DNA of 64,000 nucleotides from Octopus sinensis (Eukaryota), in the NCBI RefSeq assembly GCF_006345805.1, contig NC_043024.1, positions 2,046,001 to 2,110,000 on the forward strand, written 5' to 3'. Position numbers and translations under genes: made by a program. Within the stretch, counting starts at the first letter, position 1, and each line of letters opens with the position of its first letter. This document shows positions 53,726 through 63,020 of this stretch, in pieces. The notes below the pieces were generated by a model. The model searched no databases, was not told the DNA's origin, and saw only the letters and a list, made by a program, of their open reading frames with translations.

Positions 53726-53842
53726 TTCCAAACCTTGTTCTTGTTTGGTGCGATCTTCACAAGTGGGAATCAGAGCGCACCAACGGCAGTCCGTATCAGA
53801 CAAAAATCCTCGATGAATTGGAGCGGCTGCTGTCAGCGCCAA
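53726..53842 (-). CDS. GCLC: GCLC-like exon 8 (LALTAAAPIHRGFLSDTDCRWCALIPTCEDRTKQEQGLE), 117 nt, phase 0 to 0
   Basis: Matches human MALSAASPFYRGYVSDIDCRW...DDRTREERGLE. TTTTTCAG acceptor and GTGAGT donor. Confidence 0.96.
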
Positions 53843-54044
53843 CTGAAAAAAAAACATTAAGAAAAATGGATAGAATGGAAAATAACATTAGATGAAATAA
53901 CATAAAACACCTTCCTCAAAAATCTCATTAAAGGTAACGATGTATTTAATACAGGGTACGAGATTACAAAGTTCTCTCTCATCATTTCTATTTTGGAACA
54001 ACTATAATGTAATAAAGTTTTATTATGTTTTAGCTCGTTATAAA

Positions 54045-55100
54045 GCACTGATGATGGTACCATGTAAAAAGTATAGGTGATGGTACCACATAGAAAGTGC
54101 TGGTGATGGTACCACATAGAAAGCGCTGGTGATGGTACCACATAGAAAGCGCTGGTGATGGTACCACATAGAAAGCGCTGGTGATGGTACCACATAGAAA
54201 GTGCTGGTACCACATAGAAAGTGCTGGTGATGGTACCACATAGAAAGTGCTGGTGATGGTACCACATAGAAAGTGCTGGTGATGGTACCACATAGAAAGT
54301 GCTGGTGATGGTACCACATAGAAAGTGCTGGTGATGGTACCACATAGAAAGCGCTGGTGATGGTATCACATAGAAAGTGCTGGTACCACATAGAAAGTGC
54401 TGGTGATGGTACCACATAGAAAGTGCTGGTGATGGTACCACATAGAAAGCGCTGGTGATGGTACCACATAGAAAGTGCTGGTGATGCTACCACATAGAAA
54501 GCGCTGGTGATGGTACCACATAGAAAGCGTAATTGATGGTACCACGTAGAAAGCGCTGGTGATGGTACCACGTAGAAAGTGCTGGTGATGGTACCACACA
54601 GAAAGTGCTGGTGATGGTACCACATAGAAAGCGCTGGTGATGGTACCACATAGAAAGCGCTGGTGATGGTACCACATAGAAAGTGCTGGTGATGGTACCA
54701 CATAGAAAGCGCTGGTGATGGTACCACATAGAAAGCGCTGGTGATGGTACCACATAGAAAGCGCTGGTGATGGTACCACATAGAAAGCGCTGGTGATGGT
54801 ACCACATAGAAAGCGCTGGTGATGGTACCACATAGAAAGCGCTGGTGATGGTACCACATAGAAAGCGCTGGTGATGGTACCACATAGAAAGCGCTGGTGA
54901 TGGTACCACATAGAAAGCGCTGGTGATGGTACCACATAGAAAGCGCTGGTGATGGTACCACATAGAAAGTGCTGGTGATGGTACCACATAGAAAGCGCTG
55001 GTGATGGTACCACATAGAAAGTGCTGGTGATGGTACCACATAGAAAGCGCTGGTGATGGTACCACATAAAAAGCACTGGTGAGGGTACCACATAAAAAGC
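54045..55100. repeat. 26-bp minisatellite, about 40 copies, filling most of GCLC-like intron 7
   Basis: Unit g(c/t)gctggtgatggtaccacatagaaa; period 26 (54121 to 54147). Confidence 0.95.
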
Positions 55101-55264
55101 ACCAAATCCACCTACAAGGCTTTTGTTGGCCTGGGACTATAATAAAAGACACTTGTCCAAGGTGCCATGCAGTGGGACTGAACCAGGAACCATGTAGTTG
55201 GGAAGCAAGCTTCTTACCACACAGCCACACCTCTTAACAAAAGAATAAATCGAGCAAAGCCTAC

Positions 55265-55482
55265 CATAATTGGCGTAAAAGGTACCAGATTGTCAAAGAG
55301 ATACGTGGCTTCTTTCAAATCGGCAGCTTGAAAAGTCACTTGTACAGAACAACAGCCAACTCCAAATATCGGTGTATCCATATAAATATGTCCTGGTTTC
55401 AAATTTTCCTTCATCTCTTTATTGTCTCCGTATTCGGACAAATCTTCTCCGTATGGCATTATGGTGTTTTCATCTTTATAAA
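55265..55482 (-). CDS. GCLC: GCLC-like exon 6/7 (YKDENT...KPGHIYMDTPIFGVGCCSVQVTFQAADLKEATYLFDNLVPFTPIM), 218 nt, phase 1 to 0
   Basis: Core of ORF 55214..55543. Carries the signature HIYMD..FG.G.C..QVTFQA. TTGTTCCAG acceptor and GTAGGC donor. Confidence 0.96.
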
Positions 55483-56322
55483 CTGGAACAAATAAATTTT
55501 TGAGACAAAAATCAGTTTTTAAGTCAGACTCAAATAACTTCATTAGCCAATAAAATCAGACTTGAGTCATTTCTTTAACCAGTAAAAAAAGGGCTCAATT
55601 TACTTCGTTAGCCAATAAAATTAAGCTCAAATTGCTTTATTAATCAGTAGTACCAGGTGCAACTTACTCTTTTACTCTTTACTCTTTTACTTGTTTCAGT
55701 CATTTGACTGTGGCCATGCTGGAGCACCGCCTTTAGTCGAGCAACTTGACCCCGGGACTTATTCTTTTGTAAACCCAGTACTTATTCTATCGGTCCCTTT
55801 TGCCGAACCGCTAAGTAACGGGGCCATAAACACACCAGCTTCGGTTGTCAAGCAATGCTAGGGGGAACAAACACAGACACACAAACACACACTCGCATAT
55901 ATATATACATATATACGACGGGTTTCTTTCAGTTTCTGTCTACCAAATCCACTCACAAGGCTTTGTTCGGCCCGAAGCTATAGAAGAAGACACTTGCCCA
56001 AGGTGCCACGCAGTGGGACTAAACCCGGAACCATGTGGTTGGTAAACAAGCTACTTACCACACAGCCACTTCTACGCCTATAACCAATAAATCTATAACC
56101 TACTTCAATAACCAATAAAAGCTGGCCCAAATCACTTTAGTAACCAGTAAAATTAACTTTAAATCACTTCATTAATTAGGCTCAGATTAGTCAAGTCTTT
56201 AATTAGTTTATTTATCAATAAAAATCAGGCATAAATTACTTCATTAAACAATGAAACCTGGTTCAAATCACTTTATTAATCAGTAAAATTAAGATAATTA
56301 ATTCTATGTTTCGTATACTTAC

Positions 56323-56381
56323 GTGGTACGTTGATAGCAATTTTACATTTTCTTCTGTCTGTCATATTTTCAAAAATGTTT
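56323..56381 (-). CDS. GCLC: GCLC-like exon 5 (NIFENMTDRRKCKIAINVP-L), 59 nt, phase 2 to 1
   Basis: TTTTTTTGTGTCTAG acceptor and GTAAGT donor. Matches human TLTRNIRHRRGEKVVINVP. Confidence 0.92.
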
Positions 56382-56450
56382 CTAGACACAAAAAAATATA
56401 AAATTTTTATTTACATTTGATGGATATTTGTCCTCATCTTATTTGTTGTT

Positions 56451-56497
56451 AACACAACATTTCAGCTGATATACCCTCCAGCCATCATCAGGTGTGT
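56451..56497 (-). ncRNA. Degenerate minimal hammerhead motif, SINE family E copy, about 70 nt upstream of the exon 5 acceptor
   Basis: ACAC-CTGATGA-T-GGCTG...CAGCT-GAA-ATGT-T-GTGT; stem II base pair and stem III palindrome both damaged. Confidence 0.5.
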
Positions 56498-56544
56498 TGG
56501 GGGAAATTTCGAACCAGGGTTCTCATTCTTAAGGTATTTTTCGA

Positions 56545-56575
<31 letters not shown>

Positions 56576-56806
56576 TTAGCATCCATTTTCCATGCTGGCA
56601 TGGGTTGGACGGTTCAACTGGGGTCTGGGAAGCCAGAAGGCTGCACCAGGCTCCAGTCTGATCTGGCAGAGTTTCTACGGCTGGATGCCCTTCCTAACGC
56701 CAACCACTCCGTGAGTGTAGTGGGTGCTTTTTACGTGCCACCGGCAAAGGTGCCAGACGGGGCTGGCAAACGGCCACGGTTGGATGGTGCTTTTTACGTG
56801 CCACCG

Positions 56807-56843
<37 letters not shown>

Positions 56844-57711
56844 TCAATGCCTGGAATCGAACTCGGAATCTTGGGGTTAGTAGCCTGCACTCTTAACCAC
56901 TACACCATATGCCCGTGAGCAATTATGGAGTGAATTTTAGGGCTTATAAATCTATCGATTACTCTACTACATTAGTCATGAATGACCATGGGTGCCCCTA
57001 AGAGGTTCCTCTCTGGGGTACAAGTTTGGGTGGAAAGTCACCTCACTGGCGAATCCACAACCTATGGTTGTTTTTATGGAAGACCAGCAGTTGCCCATGC
57101 ACACCAGCCTCCCCCTTTCCATGCCACCAATGTTATATATTTCTTTACTACCCACAAGGGGCTAAACATAGAGGGGTCAAACAAGGACAGACAAACGGAT
57201 TAAGTCGATTACATCGACCCCAGTGCGTAACTAGTACTTAATTTATCGACCCCGAAAGGATGAAAGGCAAAGTCGACCTCGGCAGAATTTGAACTCAGAA
57301 CGTAACGGCAGACGAAATACCTATTTCTTTACTACCCACAAGGGGCTAAACACAGAGGGGACAAACAAGGACAGACAAATGGATTAAGTCGATTATATTG
57401 ACCCCAGTGCGTAACTGGTACTTAATTTATCGTCCCTGAAAGGATGAAAGGCAAAGTCGACCTCGGCAGAATTTGAACTTAGAACGTAATGGCAGACAAA
57501 ATACGGCAACGCATTTCGCCCGGTGTGCTAATGGTTCTGCCAGCTCGCCACCTTAATGCCACCGATGTTATCCAAGGGAAAGGCAAAGGGGTCGATACAG
57601 CTTGGCACCAGTGACATCGCAACTCATTTCTACAGAAGAATGAACTGGAGCAACATGAAATAAAGTGCTATGACATGTTATAAAATATATATAAAATGGT
57701 AAATGACTCAC

Positions 57712-57828
57712 AGAAAGAACTCAAAGTGTGAACTCAAGGCAGCATCTGCTATAAAAACGGATTGGTAGATTCCAGCTGCTTGCTTGTTTGCTTCATAAGC
57801 GGGAAAAGAGAAATTAGGGCAACCCAAT
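57712..57828 (-). CDS. GCLC: GCLC-like exon 4 (LGCPNFSFPAYEANKQAAGIYQSVFIADAALSSHFEFF-L), 117 nt, phase 2 to 2
   Basis: CTCTTTCAG acceptor and GTGAGT donor. Matches human LGCPGFTLPE...SKSLFFPDEAINKHPRF. Confidence 0.92.
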
Positions 57829-58136
57829 CTGAAAGAGAATAAGCAAAAACCTTAATCCTTTAGCATTTAGATTACTTTGACAAATCCAATGTTTATTCCT
57901 TTGCATAATTTTGAATTAATCCTGTATTATCTCATGGCTTTCAGATTTCGATGATGTAATTGGCTATTTTTAGAATGGCATTGTAGTGTAGGTGTAAGAG
58001 GCCAGATCTGGTTATTTTGAACATAAAACTAGTACAATATTTGGGCTGCTTTAAACGTGAAAGGTTAAACCAATTATTTCTGTTGTTGTTGTTGTTATTG
58101 GGCCCTTATGATCAATAAAGAAAGTATTATTATTGC

Positions 58137-58185
<49 letters not shown>

Positions 58186-58761
58186 AGGCGCAGGAGTGGC
58201 TGTGTGGTAAGTAGCTTGCTAACCAACCACATGGTTCCGGTTCAGTCCCACTGCGTGGCATCTTGGGCAAGTGTCTTCTACTATAGCCCCGGGCCAACCA
58301 ATGCCTTGTGAGTGGATTTGGTAGACGGAAACTGAAAGAAGCCTGTCGTATATATATATAAGGCGGTGCTCCAGCATGGCCACAGTCAAATGACTGAAAC
58401 AAGTAAAAGAGTAAAAGAGATATATGTATGTGTGTGTATGTGTTTGTGTGTCTGTGTTTGTCCCCCTAGCATTGTTTGACAACCGATGCTGGTGTGTTTA
58501 CGTCCCCGTCACTTAGCGGTTCGCCAAAAGAGACCGATAGAATAAGTACTGGGCTTACAAAAGGATAAGTCCCGGGGTCGATTTGCTCGATTAAAGGCAG
58601 TGCTCCAGCATGGCCGCAGTCAAATGACTGAAACAAGTTAAAGAGTAAAAGAGAGAAAGTTGTAATGTACAAGAGAAAAGCCTGTGCTGGGATGGTTGAA
58701 GGGATGTCATTCAGCTGTCTTCACTATGCGACCGACGTATAAATATTTACAGCAGAAAAGA

Positions 58762-60262
58762 CGGATCTTTTCGGTTTGAACAGCAGTTTTTAACATAATT
58801 TCTAGGTAACTAAGGAATTTTTAAACTTCGTATACTGGTAGAATGTGTTTATAAAACATCTTTTTCTCTTGGCTTTATTGAGAAAATTCTATAGTTTGTA
58901 AGATATTTGTTGTTTTTTTTCCTTCAATTTTTGCAGTTTCAACCAATCAATGACGTCTATTGACGTGATAACGTTCGGATCTTTTCGGTTTGACCGACAG
59001 TTTTTTTAAATAATTTCCAGGTAACTAAACACTTTTAAACTTCGTATACTGGTAGAATGTGTTTATAAAACATCTTTTTCTCTTGGCTTTATTGAGAAAA
59101 TTCTATAGTTTGTAAGATATTTGTTGTTTTTTTTCCTTCAATTTTTGCAGTTTCAACCAATCAATGACGTCTATTGACGTGATAACGTTCGGATCTTTTC
59201 GGTTTGACCGACAGTTTTTTTAAATAATTTCCAGGTAACTAAACACTTTTCAACTTCGTATACTGGTAGAATGTGTTTATAAAACATCTTTTTCTCTTGG
59301 CTTTATTGAGAAAATTCTATAGTTTGTAAGATATTTGTTGTTTTTTTTTCCTTCAATTTTTGCAGTTTCAACCAATCAATGATGTCTATTGACGTGATAA
59401 CGTTCGGATCTTTTCGGTTTGACCGACAGTTTTTTAAAATAATTTCCAGGTAACTAAACACTTTTAAACTTCGTATACTGGTAGAATGTGTTTATAAAAC
59501 ATCTTTTTCTCTTGGCTTTATTGAGAAAATTCTATAGTTTGTAAGATATTTGTTGTTTTTTTTCCTTCAATTTTTGCAGTTTCAACCAATCAATGATGTC
59601 TATTGACGTGATAACGTTCGGATCTTTTCGGTTTGACCGACAGTTTTTTAAAATAATTTCCAGGTAACTAAACACTTTTAAACTTCGTATACTGGTAGAA
59701 TGTGTTTATAAAACATCTTTTTCTCTTGGCTTTATTGAGAAAATTCTATAGTTTGTAAGATATTTGTTGTTTTTTTTCCTTCAATTTTTGCAGTTTCAAC
59801 CAATCAATGACGTCTATTGACGTGATAACATTCGGATCTTTTCGGTTTGACCGACAGTTTTTAAAAATAATTTCCAGGTAACTAAACACTTTTAAACTTC
59901 GTATACTGGTAGAATGTGTTTATAAAACATCTTTTTCTCTTGGCTTTATTGAGAAAATTCTATAGTTTGTAAGATATTTGTTGCTTTTTTTCTTCAGTTT
60001 CTGCAATTTCAACCAATCAATGACATCTATTGAGGTGAAAACATTCTGTGCCGTATGAAAATGTCCCTCGTTTAAGAAACAGATTGGGTTTATTTACATT
60101 TGTGAAGAAAAAAAGATACCCTTTCCCCCACCCCTAACCCTAACTAACCCTAAATCTAAAATAGATTGAAATGTAATAGATCGATTCTAGGGTCATAATT
60201 ATGGGTGACAATTTTATATGACTTCGCCAGAAAAAACTGCCGTTCAAACCGAAAAGATCTGA
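58762..60262. mobile_element. TIR-bounded non-autonomous DNA element whose left ~214 bp is tandemly amplified six times
   Basis: Left end cggatcttttcggtttgaacagcagttttt is the reverse complement of aaaaaactgccgttcaaaccgaaaagatctg (about 60232-60262). Repeat starts at 58762, 58976, 59190, 59405, 59619, 59833. (CCCTAA)-like tract at about 60133. Confidence 0.8.
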
Positions 60263-60381
60263 AAATACAAATATTCGAATTTAAAACCTGTATTAATAAT
60301 TAATAAAAACTCATAAACAAATATTTATGTAAAAAAAAAGACAGGTATACTCGTAAATATTAGCTCTAAGATTTCACTTAC

Positions 60382-60447
60382 CTCGGAAAAGATGTCAAGG
60401 TAACCAGACTTTCGTCTTTTCCCAACAATTGTTTGAGTGATTTACGC
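60382..60447 (-). CDS. GCLC: GCLC-like exon 3b ([22 protein letters not shown]), 66 nt, phase 2 to 2
   Basis: TTTTAG acceptor and GTAAGT donor. Matches human RKEATSILEENQALCTITSFPR; end of ORF 60378..60704. Confidence 0.92.
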
Positions 60448-60543
60448 CTAAAATATTGACAAAATGGATTCTTGATGTAAGTGTCATGAAACTGAACAAA
60501 ATAGATCTCATACATTTTATACACACAGGTATACCTGCACCTG

Positions 60544-60575
<32 letters not shown>

Positions 60576-60595
60576 CATACATATATATATGTATA

Positions 60596-60656
<61 letters not shown>

Positions 60657-60658
60657 GC

Positions 60659-60689
<31 letters not shown>

Positions 60690-60699
60690 TATATGTATA

Positions 60700-60730
<31 letters not shown>

Positions 60731-61006
60731 CTAATGTAATTATTATTTGAGGGAATAAAATCCAAAACTTACAAGGAAAAAAATATTCAATTTAGAAATA
60801 CTAAATCAAATTTCACACAATATAATATATATATAAAAAATTAGAAAAAATTATATGCGTTTTTATTATTATTTTTTTTTTGCAATTTACTTAATCATTG
60901 ACATTTTATTGTTATTTTAATTAAAATATTTCTATAATATGTAATTTTCTAGATGGTGTAATTTAATTGTTCATTTTGTATTGATAAACGGTGGGTTTTT
61001 TTTCCA

Positions 61007-61039
<33 letters not shown>

Positions 61040-61594
61040 TAAGAAAATTTAGAAAATGGAGATGTAGCATTAATATAATTTATTATCTGCAAAAAATTCA
61101 ACATATTCTCTTACAGCTGTTTCAATTAAGTCTAATAGATTAAATTACAATAATTAAATTATTGTATTAGGAAAAATCTAATCGGTGGGTAGAAAAGATA
61201 TACCGTTAGGTTTTTAGGTGTTGTGTTTTCAAATCATCTCAGCAGAACGAGTGTGTGTATGTGTGTGTGTGTGTGTGTGTGTAAAGTCGTCCACATACAA
61301 AGACGACTTTAGCTGACTTTATCTAGATTAACAGATAAAGTTGTAGAGATTACATCATATGTAAACATAAATTTATTTTTGAAGCGTAGAAAGATATATT
61401 TGTTTTTCAACACATAAATATCAAACAGTATATAAAGGATAAGCCGAGGTCGACTTTGCCTTTCATCCTTTCGGGGTCGATAAATTAAGTACCAGTTGCG
61501 CACTTGGGTCGATGTAATCGACTTAATACCTATGTCTGTCTTTGTTTGTCCCCTCTATGTTTAGCCCCTTGTGGGTAGTAAAGAAATAAGCATA

Positions 61595-61693
61595 TATAAA
61601 GGATAAGATCCTGCTTAAGAGCAGAAAAATTTGTCAACAACCAACCTCATGCTGGCAAATTTTTCTGCTCTTAAAAAGGATTTTATCCTTTAT
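61595..61693. repeat. About 100-bp near-perfect hairpin (MITE-like)
   Basis: ttaagagcagaaaaatttg / caaatttttctgctcttaa perfect 19-bp IR, extended by ataaaggataagatcc / ggattttatcctttat. Confidence 0.75.
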
Positions 61694-62112
61694 GTACACT
61701 GTTCAATATTTACGTGTTAAAAAACCCAAAATATATAGCTTTCTACGTGTTCTAGATAAAGTCATCTTTGTATGTAGGAAAGTGTCTTGGGGAAATTTCA
61801 AACCTGGGTTCTCATTCCTAAGGTATTTTTCGATGTTGTTATTATGATTATTATTATTATTATCATCATTATTATTATTCAGGTCATTGCCTGCAATCGA
61901 ACTCGGAATCTTAGGTTTAGTAGCCCGCACTCTTAACCACTATGCCAAACGCCCATGGGCATTTGGTGTAGTGGTTAAGAGCGCAGGCTACTAACCCTAA
62001 GATTCCAAGTTCAATTGCAGGCAATGACCTGAATAATAATAATAATAATAATCATAATAACAACATCGAAAAATACCTTAGGAATGAGAACCCAGGTTTG
62101 AAATTTCCCCAA

Positions 62113-62158
62113 GGTACCTGATGAAGGCTGGAGGGTATATCAGCCGAAACGTTGTGTT
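62113..62158 (+). ncRNA. Minimal (Penelope-type, dimer-type) hammerhead motif in the tail of SINE family E
   Basis: CTGATGA-A-GGCTG-gagggtatat-CAGCC-GAA-ACGT-T-GTGTT; palindromic ACGT as stem III; weak stem I (GGTAC/GTGTT). Confidence 0.6.
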
Positions 62159-62291
62159 AACAACAAACAAGATGAGGACAAATATCTGTCAAATGTAAAT
62201 AATGAAATACACAACATGGAAAATAATTAAATAAAATGTTGAATATTTCTGTGTAAATGTAAATAAAGAAAATTCGAAATATTATTGTTAC

Positions 62292-62399
62292 CTTTCTTTG
62301 AAATAGTCTTCTACACAATTCAGATCAGTCATGGAATTACCAAAAGGATTCCTGGGTTTGCCTTCCATCATGAATTCAGCACATTCCGGGGTCCACAGG
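62292..62399 (-). CDS. GCLC: GCLC-like exon 3a (LWTPECAEFMMEGKPRNPFGNSMTDLNCVEDYFKE-R), 108 nt, phase 2 to 2
   Basis: Matches human [36 protein letters not shown]. Donor GTAACA. The AAG acceptor is forced by an in-frame TAA immediately upstream. Confidence 0.9.
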
Positions 62400-62913
62400 C
62401 TTTAATGTTTTTTTGTTTTAAAAAAGAGAAACTATATTTAGGAAACCCCAAAAATTAAGAAGGTATTTAAAATGGTGATGATGATGATGATGATGATGAT
62501 GATGGTGATGATGATGCTGATGATGATCACGATGACAACGATAATGATGATGATGATAATGATGACGATGATGCTGATGATGATGCTGATGACGATGATG
62601 ATGACGATAACGACGACGACGATGATGATGATGACGATGATGATGATGATGACGATGATGATGATAACGATGATGATGATGACGATGATGATGATGATGA
62701 CGATGATGATGAATACATTTGGAAGTTAAAAGTTTTTAAAAAATATAGTAAACAAGGTGCAAGAGTGGCTTTGTGGTAAGAAGCTTGTTTACCAACCACA
62801 TGGTTCCGGGTTCAGTCCCACTGCGTGGCACCTGAGGACTTTGTCTTCTCATGACCCTCCTAGAAATAGTGGATGAGGGCAGAGATGATGGACGGACCAA
62901 TAATTATACTCAC

Positions 62914-63020
62914 CCCGATTCTAATCCTTTTACTTCAGGAGATCTAAGTAAAGATGTGGAAGTCAGCAGTAACTGGACAACTCGTTTTTCATGGTCAAAT
63001 CGTATTAATGTATATTCAGT
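62914..63020 (-). CDS. GCLC: GCLC-like gene, exon equivalent to vertebrate exon 2 (TEYTLIRFDHEKRVVQLLLTSTSLLRSPEVKGLES-G), 107 nt, phase 0 to 2
   Basis: Poly-T tract + AG acceptor at 63021-63022 and GTGAGT donor at 62913. Translation aligns with human GCLC VEYMLVSFDHENKKVRLVL. Not in the ORF track; found by manual translation. Confidence 0.88.

Noticed and set aside
54045-55100. CRISPR-like array (short palindromic repeats)
   Set aside because: Units are directly adjacent with no unique spacers, there are no cas genes, and the context is a eukaryotic intron. The same applies to the 63-bp, 45-bp and 21/24-bp arrays.
55665-55720. Nrf2 antioxidant-response elements in SINE A tails (TGACTG(C/T)GGC) within the gene
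   Set aside because: Spacing does not fit TGACnnnGC, and the motif is present in every copy of a ubiquitous repeat.
60130-60155. Telomere or interstitial telomeric site
   Set aside because: Only about three CCCTAA-like units, inside a TIR-bounded element.
61961-62025. tRNA genes (A/B-box sequences here and at 13472, 14735, 22540-22607, 33030)
   Set aside because: No complete cloverleaf, and each continues into a repeated SINE body; these are tRNA-derived heads.
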